A stretch of 64,000 bases of DNA from an uncultured Alphaproteobacteria bacterium (GTDB lineage: Bacteria > Pseudomonadota > Alphaproteobacteria > UBA3830 > CAYLKK01): assembly GCA_964566185.1 (NCBI GenBank), contig CAZMHS010000001.1:86159-150158 (forward strand), in the 5' to 3' direction. This document shows positions 47,173 to 55,650 of the stretch, piece by piece. The translations under genes were made by a program, and so were the position numbers. Positions within the stretch are counted from its first letter, which is position 1. Every line of letters begins with the position of its first letter. Under the pieces are notes generated by a model. It ran no database searches and was not told the origin of the DNA. It saw nothing but the letters and a program-made list of their open reading frames with translations.

Positions 47173-48357
47173 CTAACATATGCTTTCATGGATTCTTATT
47201 AATCTATTGTATTTACTTATTCTATCTCCGCGGCGAGGTCCACCAATCTTGATGTATTCTGCTCCAACTCCTACAGCAAGGTCGCACATGGCTGTATCAT
47301 CAGTTTCAATAGAACGATGTGATACACACAATGTAAAACCGTACGACCGAGCCTTTTTTGCTGCTTGCAACGTTCCACTAATTGTTCCTATTTGGTTCAT
47401 CTTTAACAAAATGCCATTTGCAATGTCTGGAGATATATTATCTGCATTTGTTGCGAAAAGGTCATCACCGACAATTAATGCAGAATCAAAACATTTCATT
47501 AACTGTTTCCATGTAGTCGTATCACCTGGATCAAAAGGATCTTCTACATAAAACACGTGTCTACCATATATCAATTGCTTAATTTCTTCTAACAGCTCTC
47601 GTGACGTCAATTTAACCTTTTCATACATATAATACCCATTATCGAGCATTAAGTGTTCTGCTGCAACATCTACACCATATTTGATACATTGCGAACAACA
47701 TAAAATATTGTTCTTTGCTTTATCTAACAAATTAAATACTTCATCAATAGAAATATCATTGACGATCATGCCACTAGATGATGAATACCCTAATAAACGT
47801 CCTGCGTCTTTCATTTGAGATTCAATACTAGAGTATATACTAATTACTGTCTCGAAATTAGAGATCAAATTTTCAGATGTAGGGATCAACATCACCTGTT
47901 GAAACGGTATACCCTGTCCTTTTGCGTGTATTCCACCGCTAAAAACATTTACCATAGGAAATGGGATCTTTGGGGAACTGTTTGCTAACGCTGAAATATA
48001 TTGATACAGTTCAATTCCTATCTTACTCGCGCATGCTCTGCAAAATGCAATAGACATAGACAACATTAAATCACTACCTAAGTGATACTCATCGTTTAAC
48101 TTACTTAATGCATCATCAAATTCATATTGGCCGTCGAAAACAACATTCTTAATGGCACATTTCAACTGATTTTCTAAATCAGTGAAGGATGAGCTTGCAT
48201 CTGACGCCGGTTTCTCTAGCCTACCCGGTTTCAACGCTGATGGTGCTGAACCAACACCATGCCAACCATCATCAACAGAAATAATAACTTCAAATGTCCA
48301 TTCACCACCTGAATTAAATATACGACGAATTTTCAAATTTGAGATTCTATATTTCAT
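47173..48357 (-). CDS. enolase-family protein, divergent (acid-pair residues replaced)
   Basis: Collinear with enolase: PMVNVFSGGIHA, VDVAAE, YVEDPF, IVGDDLFATN, LLKMNQIGT, VSHRSIETDDTAMCDLAVG and IKIGGPRRGDRISKYNRLIRIHE. However, FQQVML replaces IQEFMI and LGYSSSSG replaces VGDEGGYAP. Confidence 0.85.
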   Translation of the reverse strand: MKYRISNLKIRRIFNSGGEWTFEVIISVDDGWHGVGSAPSALKPGRLEKPASDASSSFTDLENQLKCAIKNVVFDGQYEFDDALSKLNDEYHLGSDLMLSMSIAFCRACASKIGIELYQYISALANSSPKIPFPMVNVFSGGIHAKGQGIPFQQVMLIPTSENLISNFETVISIYSSIESQMKDAGRLLGYSSSSGMIVNDISIDEVFNLLDKAKNNILCCSQCIKYGVDVAAEHLMLDNGYYMYEKVKLTSRELLEEIKQLIYGRHVFYVEDPFDPGDTTTWKQLMKCFDSALIVGDDLFATNADNISPDIANGILLKMNQIGTISGTLQAAKKARSYGFTLCVSHRSIETDDTAMCDLAVGVGAEYIKIGGPRRGDRISKYNRLIRIHESIC

Positions 48358-48374
48358 ATTTTCCCCTCACGATA

Positions 48375-50234
48375 CTAATTTTCGCATTCGAATAAATACC
48401 CTAAAAGGTCAATTGCGTATTTTACCTCTAAAGATCCTTCATTTTTTGCGTAGCTTTCACCGAACACACAACTATTATCAGGTGCAATGTTGTTACCATA
48501 CACGAGAACAGGTACTTTATCAGATGAATGTATACCAAGTTCACACGGCGTACAATGATCACACGTAACAATAAGTGAGTCTTTTATACCCATTCTAGAC
48601 ATTAGCGTACCAATAAAATGCTTATCAAAGCGTTCAATAGATTCTGCTTTTGCTACAGGATTTCCGCCATGACCAGCTTCATCTGCACTTTTCAATATAT
48701 GTATACAGATAACATCGGCATCATCATTAGCTATAAGCTCTGCCGACTCTTTCAACAGTCGAATTTCATCATTATGTTCCGGCATCTCTATATAATTAAA
48801 CTTTCCTCCCAGTAACAAAGCTAATCCTCTTTCAGCTGGAATCTGTCCATACATAGATAACGTCCTACCAAATTTTTCTTTAAACGTACATAATTTAATA
48901 GGCATTTCCCCGGCATCTCTCATTAACAACATATTAGCCGTCTGCTGTCCTCTCGCTAAACGTGCTTTATTTGTAGCGCTTTCTGATAGTACTTTTGCAA
49001 CTTTTGAGACAAATTCATTAACTATCTTCGCAGAAAAAGCTGCCTCTTCAGAGTCGTCTAACGGGACACATTTCAATGGTTCTGGAATAACAGTCTCATT
49101 TGGTATACCAAACGCTCCTTGCTTCTTAAAACCAGGATCTGTATTCGATATATTTCCAGATAGCTTACGATTTTTGCATGTTAAACTTACAATTCCTCTA
49201 TGATGCCCAAACACAACAATTTTGAACGTAACATCATACTCCTCTAAAGATACGTGGCTACGCAGCTCTTCGGCTAAACTTTGTAGCTCAGGATTAGATA
49301 GATCTCTTGAGGTTCTTCTATCCAACTTTTTGTTAGCCGGATCATAACTTGCTAAATTCACTCTAAAACATATTGTATTAGAATTATCTCGCTCTAATAA
49401 AACAAAATTAGCGCCAAGCCCTTCTAATGGTCCTCTTCCAGTGTAATACTTTAAAGGGTCATAAGAAAGAATAGCCATCGTGCCATTATCTGATTCAGGC
49501 GGAATAGAATCGTTTAAAATTGTAATCATTCCTTGACATCCATAAAGAGCTAATCTGTCCAGATTAGGTGTATAAGCTTGTTCAAATGGTGTCTTGCCAC
49601 CAAATTGAGCTATTGGACGATCTGCGCCGCCATCAACGATTACAATATACGTCTTTCCTTCTTCAGCGAACACAACTTGAAGCCGATGTTTATCGGCGGA
49701 CATTATTGAATCAATTACACGCTTAGTTCCAGACGGAGCTAAATGCCACCACTGTTTTCCTTTTAAAATACCATCCCGAATTTTTGTCGCAGTAATATTC
49801 TTCTCTTCTTTTGATTTGTACCACAACACTTCAGTTCTAAATCCATGTTTTGCCAGCTCAGCCTGCTTTTTTTCTCCCCACTCATCATATATTGTTAAGA
49901 AATACACAGCATCAGCAGGTGTATAATACTTTAATAACCAAGGAACATTGATTGGAAATGGAACAATCCTCACTCTAGACACATCATCGCCTACTGCGTC
50001 TACTAAAGACTCTCTAATCATCTCCATACGTTCACAAAACGTAAATGGATTCGATATATCAGTTGATCTATTCGGATCAGATGCATCAAATCTTATAGAT
50101 GATGGATCAGGATTGGTTATTCCAATAAACAAAGTTTCCGACCTTTCTAAAGCTGTAAGAACATATTTTAAATGATCATTGTGAAACGGCTGAAACCTAC
50201 CATGTACTACGCCATAACGATACCTATTCATCAT
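48375..50234 (-). CDS. fusion protein: NMNAT/NadM-like nucleotidyltransferase (N) + archaeal-type cofactor-independent phosphoglycerate mutase-like domain (C)
   Basis: N-terminal ~175 aa: GVVHGRFQPFHNDHLKYVL...LFIGITNP (HxGH-class NTase) and a late ITATKIRDGI (ISSTxxR-like) motif. From about aa 195: YIVIVDGGADRPIAQFGGKTPFEQAYTPNLDRLA, PPESDNGTMAILSYDPLKYYTGRGPLEGLG, DRRTSR, DEAGHGG and TCDHCTP (ApgM pattern). Confidence 0.8.
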   Translation of the reverse strand: MMNRYRYGVVHGRFQPFHNDHLKYVLTALERSETLFIGITNPDPSSIRFDASDPNRSTDISNPFTFCERMEMIRESLVDAVGDDVSRVRIVPFPINVPWLLKYYTPADAVYFLTIYDEWGEKKQAELAKHGFRTEVLWYKSKEEKNITATKIRDGILKGKQWWHLAPSGTKRVIDSIMSADKHRLQVVFAEEGKTYIVIVDGGADRPIAQFGGKTPFEQAYTPNLDRLALYGCQGMITILNDSIPPESDNGTMAILSYDPLKYYTGRGPLEGLGANFVLLERDNSNTICFRVNLASYDPANKKLDRRTSRDLSNPELQSLAEELRSHVSLEEYDVTFKIVVFGHHRGIVSLTCKNRKLSGNISNTDPGFKKQGAFGIPNETVIPEPLKCVPLDDSEEAAFSAKIVNEFVSKVAKVLSESATNKARLARGQQTANMLLMRDAGEMPIKLCTFKEKFGRTLSMYGQIPAERGLALLLGGKFNYIEMPEHNDEIRLLKESAELIANDDADVICIHILKSADEAGHGGNPVAKAESIERFDKHFIGTLMSRMGIKDSLIVTCDHCTPCELGIHSSDKVPVLVYGNNIAPDNSCVFGESYAKNEGSLEVKYAIDLLGYLFECEN

Positions 50235-50236
50235 AA

Positions 50237-51217
50237 TTACCTCACTCCCAATATTTTTAAAATCTCTTTACGCAAAAACAATTTACCGGTACTTCCTACA
50301 TCACCATCCCAAGTAACGCCAAGATGTGAGTTTGCAAAAATATGCTTTATTTCATCCGAATGAGAAATAAGATAATTTTTGCCTTCACTAATTGATGGCA
50401 TGGTCAGAACCCAATCTCTATATTCAGAAGTACATTTTTCTAAAGCTTCGATAAATTCTGAATTTTTAATCATCGAAGAAGCATCATACAGTTCAATTTG
50501 TGCAATAGCCCAACCGTTGTCACTTAGAACTTTTATATCATTAGTTAACGCATATTCTAAGTTAGAAAGCATAACTCTCTCTACTTCAACGTAATATTCT
50601 TTTATCCAGTCTTTCGGTAAACATACATATTTTTCTAATGCTTTAAACGCCTTTATATCACGATCTTTCGTGATGCTTGCATTAAAATTTAGAGTATTAG
50701 CGAATATTGCCGTATATAGCAAATTGGCCGATAGTTCACTAGGTTTTTTTTGCGCGGCTTCAAATTCTTCAAAAATTAACGTTGCGCAAGCGCCTAGAAA
50801 TTCTATATTCCCCCTCTCTTTCCAATATTGTTCAAAACCAAAATGATGATCAAAAACAATTTCAATTTCATCTTCATTTACGAACTTTGGAAAGTAATGA
50901 GGATCACTGACATCAACTATAACGAAAGAATTATACTCTTGTGCTGCTTCATTTAAAAAATGTCCAGAACACATTTTTCGGATGCTCTCAGGAACAGTAC
51001 CATTTAATTTTCCTGGAAGTACGACATCACATTTTTTTAACTCACCATACGCGATTGCACAAGCTAATGTATCTATGTCCGTATATGCACTACCACTCGT
51101 TACACACGTTTTCCTACAATCAGTCATCAAAGCTCCTTCGCAATTACAAGCAGGAACATTACTGCAAAAAACACACATAATCAACAGCAAAAAAAATACT
51201 TTCATAAAATACTCCAT
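50237..51217 (-). CDS. DHH/DHHA2 phosphoesterase, family II inorganic pyrophosphatase-like, with N-terminal signal/Cys-rich extension
   Basis: Collinear with PpaC as recalled: SGSAYTDIDTLACAIAYGELK, FVIVDVSD, VFDHHFG, GACATLIFEEF, LLYTAIFANTLNF, WAIAQIELYD and GKLFLRKEILKIL. It is preceded by MKVFFLLLIMCVFCSNVPACNCEGALMTDCRKTC. An alternative start lies at 51205. Confidence 0.7.
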   Translation of the reverse strand: MEYFMKVFFLLLIMCVFCSNVPACNCEGALMTDCRKTCVTSGSAYTDIDTLACAIAYGELKKCDVVLPGKLNGTVPESIRKMCSGHFLNEAAQEYNSFVIVDVSDPHYFPKFVNEDEIEIVFDHHFGFEQYWKERGNIEFLGACATLIFEEFEAAQKKPSELSANLLYTAIFANTLNFNASITKDRDIKAFKALEKYVCLPKDWIKEYYVEVERVMLSNLEYALTNDIKVLSDNGWAIAQIELYDASSMIKNSEFIEALEKCTSEYRDWVLTMPSISEGKNYLISHSDEIKHIFANSHLGVTWDGDVGSTGKLFLRKEILKILGVR

Positions 51218-51226
51218 AAATTTTTT

Positions 51227-52045
51227 CTATATACACAACTTTCTTAGATAGTCAGCATCTTTCAACCACGGTTCGATTTCTGCTGACGGTGGATTAAATG
51301 TTTCAAGAACAATCATAGCGTCATTATCTGAGAATTCACTCAAAAAACGTTTGATATCATAATTTCCAATACCTAAATGTAGATGAGCGTCAAAACTGAC
51401 GGACATATCTCCATCGGATAAGTGGTATAAAACAGGATTCAGAGCTTTATACTTACTAAACGAATCATATACATCAATATTTAACGAAATAGCCGCGCAC
51501 ACAGCATGTGCAAAATCAAAGCAAAATTTACAACCTGTTTCATTGACTATTCTAGAGATATTTTCAAATCTTCCTCCATGCATAAAACATCCGAAGACTT
51601 CATATGGAAGATTTTCTACAGTAATACGACTATCATTTATTAATCTCACTTGCCTGATTGTTTCATCTACACACTTATCGGAATCTCCGATCCCAGGATG
51701 CAATATGATGATCTCAGATTGCAACAAATCTGCGCATTTTTGGGAAAATTCCAAAGCCTGAATATTTCGAGTTAACCACGACTCATCGCTAGTATTCACA
51801 CCATTATACTTCGAAGGAATATAAAACGGAGCATGGACAACGACTTTAATTCCTGTCATCTTTTGCTCAATTTTACATAAAATACCATCGTAGTACTCTG
51901 GAGTGTATCTTGCATGTAGCTGAACGAAATTATACACATTGTCTCGGACCGCTTTTAAAATATGATCAGCAAGGTCTGGTTGGCTTAACAAATCTATAGA
52001 ATTCAAATTAATACCAAAATGTCTCATCAGTGCGCTACCCTTCAT
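51227..52045 (-). CDS. xylose isomerase-like TIM-barrel protein (AP endonuclease 2 / sugar-phosphate isomerase-epimerase superfamily)
   Basis: The spaced metal-ligand pattern typical of this fold is present (VVVHAPFYI; IIILHPG; TVENLP; FCFDFAHA; YHLSDGD; DAHLHLGIGNYD; IVLETF). Confidence 0.65.
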   Translation of the reverse strand: MKGSALMRHFGINLNSIDLLSQPDLADHILKAVRDNVYNFVQLHARYTPEYYDGILCKIEQKMTGIKVVVHAPFYIPSKYNGVNTSDESWLTRNIQALEFSQKCADLLQSEIIILHPGIGDSDKCVDETIRQVRLINDSRITVENLPYEVFGCFMHGGRFENISRIVNETGCKFCFDFAHAVCAAISLNIDVYDSFSKYKALNPVLYHLSDGDMSVSFDAHLHLGIGNYDIKRFLSEFSDNDAMIVLETFNPPSAEIEPWLKDADYLRKLCI

Positions 52046-53606
52046 AACTTAAAATGAATTCTGCAATCGTTACGCCTAACTTCTTGGCTTCATTTTTTAT
52101 CCACAAATTTGCGTCTAACTGTTTTTCAAATCGTTGTACAATCTTTTTATAATTCTCGTGATGAATCGCGTAAGCATATTCTTTCGCTGTCATCAAACAC
52201 AACATGATGCTACGTCCTGATGGTAATTTTCTACTTCTACGATTTCTAAACTTAAAACCCTGAAATGATGACAAACCTGCTTCCTGTTTTATAAAAATAG
52301 ATGAACCAAGCTCTGCGTCTATATCAAAAACAGATTCGCTAAAATCTCTGCAAACCATAGATGCGAAATACGCTGGAACTTTGATGCCTTGTAACATCTC
52401 ATACGATCTAGAGCCTTTTACAAGAATGGCTGAAGCATCAAGCACCAAGTCAACTACTTCCTCAGATAATTGTAAACCATGTACAGCTCCCCAACACGGT
52501 CCGCATTCAGAATATCCATATTGACCACTATCAAATTGTGTGCTTAATTTCGAAAAAACAGGTAATGATAAATATCGCTTTATATCAATAGACGACGCAT
52601 CATTCCCATATCTAATACCGTGTTTTCCACTACGTGGAACTGAAATGATCTTCAAATTTTCGTTTGCAGACAGTAATTGCTGTATAAAGTATAAATCAAA
52701 CACCGTTTCAGCTACATCATCATGAAACCAAAGTAATGTTTTCGGTGATTTTGTTAAGACAAATTCCGTTTCAAACTCTTTCCAAAAGTCTATAACAAAA
52801 TCTTCTTTTACTTTGTTGTCTAGAGAATTTTTAATGCGTATGACTTTCTCCTGAAAAGTTTCATTTTCAAGTAAATTGTAGAATATAATGTTGTTAATGC
52901 TTTTATGAATCGGTGATGCAGCTGATGCTGACGATTTCATATCGACGCCAAGCGAACCAGCGGCAATGGAGTACTTCAGTAAGTTTAGTAATGAAACATT
53001 AGAGAAACGTTCTATAATTGCGAGACTCACTGCTTCAACTTTTTCATTATATGAACGTTCAACATACGGATATTTATTCACATCGTCATACAAAAAGAAT
53101 GCAATCAACTTTGTAAACACATCTTGATACAACTGATTTGGAACTAACTCTATCAGCATCTTGTTGAGTTTATTATGTTTTAGAAACATAGATAAATAAA
53201 CAAACTCTTCAACCTTAATACCAAGTTCTTGCTCTTTATTCCTAAGCAACAACGACGCATTTTCCTCAGCTTGGCATAATCTACATATTTCATTATGAAC
53301 GCACTGAAAGACCCAGTCCTTAAAAGGTAAGTTATCCGCAGAAGCGATGAAATCTGGCTGTTTCAAGCGTTCAGACAGAAAAAACGTTCCTGTTTCGAAA
53401 TCGTCGTCGAATAACCCTGCTAGCTTATCTTTCTCGGCTGGTGAAATAGATGACCCTAATACCGTGTCTATAAAACGGTATGGACATTTAACCATCAATG
53501 CTTGCGCCACATCATTACTCACGCGCGCATACTCCGTAATACTATCGCAGGCTTCGATGTCTTTTATCAACTTTTCTAATGCTAAACCCATATTGCATTT
53601 CTCCAC
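52035..53606 (-). CDS. protein with C-terminal DUF89 (ARMT1-like metal-dependent phosphatase)-like domain and unrecognised N-terminal ~290 aa
   Basis: C-terminal half: LLWFHDDVAETVFDLYFIQQL (compare DNxGxExxxD), RYGNDASSIDI and ILVKGSRSYEMLQG (compare KGxxNYE). GTG 53606 or ATG 53591 (after GGAG) are possible starts. It overlaps the next gene by 11 nt. Confidence 0.55.
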   Translation of the reverse strand: MEKCNMGLALEKLIKDIEACDSITEYARVSNDVAQALMVKCPYRFIDTVLGSSISPAEKDKLAGLFDDDFETGTFFLSERLKQPDFIASADNLPFKDWVFQCVHNEICRLCQAEENASLLLRNKEQELGIKVEEFVYLSMFLKHNKLNKMLIELVPNQLYQDVFTKLIAFFLYDDVNKYPYVERSYNEKVEAVSLAIIERFSNVSLLNLLKYSIAAGSLGVDMKSSASAASPIHKSINNIIFYNLLENETFQEKVIRIKNSLDNKVKEDFVIDFWKEFETEFVLTKSPKTLLWFHDDVAETVFDLYFIQQLLSANENLKIISVPRSGKHGIRYGNDASSIDIKRYLSLPVFSKLSTQFDSGQYGYSECGPCWGAVHGLQLSEEVVDLVLDASAILVKGSRSYEMLQGIKVPAYFASMVCRDFSESVFDIDAELGSSIFIKQEAGLSSFQGFKFRNRRSRKLPSGRSIMLCLMTAKEYAYAIHHENYKKIVQRFEKQLDANLWIKNEAKKLGVTIAEFILSYEG

Positions 53607-54114
53607 TCTTTAGAAATAGAAGAACAAAATACACTCGTTAACGATGTTAACACATTTGTGGAAAAAATACATTAAATATAATTAAAATTATTACAAAAAT
53701 TGCGTGTATCATGTAAATCAGTACGGTGTTGTGTATACAAAATTATTGGCATTGTAAAATTGATTTTTGTGTATTTGACACTACGTGAGAGATGCTGTAA
53801 ACATACAACAACGTATGTGTGCTATTATCGATTTGATGACTGTAACAGAGATTTGAGGTTAGGTGCTCTTTTTAGCTATTTGAGTTAATCATTGTTTTAC
53901 ATCATCTTGTTAAGCGTTAGATGTTTGATTGTTTGCATGATTGTGGCTGTTGTGTTTTGTATGTGGCAAGATAATATGAGTATCACATATGCATGACGGT
54001 CTTTTTCTGTCGTTCTCTGGGTATACGCTAACCTTATTTTACGTAAACACTAGATTTTTGGATTGATATAGTTTAGAATTAAACAGATGTTTTCTCTGTA
54101 TTAATGGGTGTGTT

Positions 54115-54486
54115 ATGTTATCATCAATTCTGTTGGCGCTTCACTTCGTCGTAACTATCATAATGATTGGTTTGATACTGATCCAAAAGCATGAAGGTGG
54201 TGGTTTGGCCGGTGGCTTGTCTTCTGCCGCAAATAATTTTGTTTCATCTCGTGGGCAGGCGAATATTTTAACTAGGGCTACTGCTGTTCTTATGACGATT
54301 TTTGTTGTAAACTGCTTAGTTATGGCGAAGCTAGCAAAAGGAAGTCCAAAGCCTGCATCATTTATCGATGCTGCTGCTAGTGAAATTAATGTTGGGGATA
54401 AGACGAATTTTGATCAGACTGATGCGAAAACGACAGTTGATTCTAAAAAGGTAAATACGGCTGCTGCAAAAGGTAATTCAAAGTAG
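54115..54486 (+). CDS. secG: preprotein translocase subunit SecG
   Basis: LLALHFVVTIIMIGLILIQKHEGGGLAGGLSS plus a second TM helix (TRATAVLMTIFVVNCLVM) give the SecG topology and glycine-rich loop. Confidence 0.85.
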   Translation: MLSSILLALHFVVTIIMIGLILIQKHEGGGLAGGLSSAANNFVSSRGQANILTRATAVLMTIFVVNCLVMAKLAKGSPKPASFIDAAASEINVGDKTNFDQTDAKTTVDSKKVNTAAAKGNSK

Positions 54487-54494
54487 GTGGTATT

Positions 54495-55364
54495 GTGGAA
54501 AAAAATCATATTGTTAACGTTGGGGACATAAAGATTTCTAATGAAATGCCGTTCACGTTGATAGCTGGACCGTGTTCGTTAGAAAGTCGGGATTTGGCGT
54601 TACGAATGGTAGAAAAGATTTCTATCGTGTCTGAAAAAGTAGGACGGCCGTTCATATTTAAGACATCGTTTGATAAAGCTAATAGGACTAGCGGTTCATC
54701 AAAACGTGGCGTTGGATTTGCTGAGTCAATTGGAATATTTCGTGAAATTCGTGGCACATTTAATTGTCCGATAGTAACAGACATACATGAGCAATATCAG
54801 TGTTCTGAACTTGTCGACGTTGTCGATGTTTTGCAAATTCCTGCCTTTCTTTGCCGTCAAACTGATTTGTTGGTCGCTGCGGCGAAAACGAAAAAAGCTA
54901 TTAATGTTAAAAAAGGACAATTTCTTGCTCCATGGGATATGAAAAATATTTGCGAAAAAATAGAACAAGCAGGAAATCGCAATATTTTATTATGCGAGAG
55001 AGGCGTTTGTTTCGGCTATAACAGGTTGGTAAATGACTTTCGTTCATTGCCAATAATGGCTAAGACAGGGTATCCAGTTATTTTTGATGCTACGCATTCT
55101 GTTCAAGAACCTGGTGGGTTAGGAAATAAAAGTGGCGGTCGAAGAGAATTTGTTGAAGTACTAGCTCGTGCTGCCATTGCTGTAGGGTGTGCTGGGCTAT
55201 TCATTGAGACTCATGATGACCCTGATAATGCTTTTAGTGACGGGCCGAATATGTTGCCAGTTCAAGCTTTGTATGATTTTTGGATGCGAATGATAGAGTT
55301 CGATGAACTTGCGAAATCTCGAGCATATGTAGACGTATTTAGCAATGTCGTTGCTAAAGAATAA
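54495..55364 (+). CDS. kdsA: 3-deoxy-8-phosphooctulonate (KDO8P) synthase
   Basis: FTLIAGPCSLES, FKTSFDKANRTS, LQIPAFLCRQTDL, NVKKGQF, FDATHSVQ and ETHDDPDNAFSDGPN are present. Confidence 0.95.
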   Translation: MEKNHIVNVGDIKISNEMPFTLIAGPCSLESRDLALRMVEKISIVSEKVGRPFIFKTSFDKANRTSGSSKRGVGFAESIGIFREIRGTFNCPIVTDIHEQYQCSELVDVVDVLQIPAFLCRQTDLLVAAAKTKKAINVKKGQFLAPWDMKNICEKIEQAGNRNILLCERGVCFGYNRLVNDFRSLPIMAKTGYPVIFDATHSVQEPGGLGNKSGGRREFVEVLARAAIAVGCAGLFIETHDDPDNAFSDGPNMLPVQALYDFWMRMIEFDELAKSRAYVDVFSNVVAKE

Positions 55365-55650
55365 AGTAGTTCGGTTCGCTCCGCAGATTTTCGGTGGATT
55401 TGCGCTTTTTTACTTCTTCTTTCATATGATTAGTGGCGATCGTGGTCTGATCGCCTATATGCGGTTAAAAAAAGAGGCTGCTATTCTTCGAACAGAGCGT
55501 GCTTTGTGGGAAGCCAAGAGCGCTGCTTTAGAAAATAAAGTTAGCTTACTAAGCGATGAGCACATAGATCACGATATGTTAGAGGAATGTGCTATGAAAA
55601 CTTTGGGTATAGCAAAAAAAGGCGATATTGTAATTCTTATAAATCCTTAA
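55345..55650 (+). CDS. ftsB: septum formation initiator (FtsB/DivIC family)
   Basis: 101 aa with a single N-terminal TM helix, then a coiled coil (GLIAYMRLKKEAAILRTERALWEAKSAALENKVSLL) and a ...LGIAKKGDIVI tail. Confidence 0.7.
   Translation: MSLLKNKVVRFAPQIFGGFALFYFFFHMISGDRGLIAYMRLKKEAAILRTERALWEAKSAALENKVSLLSDEHIDHDMLEECAMKTLGIAKKGDIVILINP

Noticed and set aside
53700-53888. 62-aa Cys-rich ORF in the long spacer upstream of secG
   Set aside because: It has a non-ATG start, no SD and no recognisable family, so a chance ORF in a spacer is more likely. The region is flagged instead as a possible regulatory or ncRNA region.
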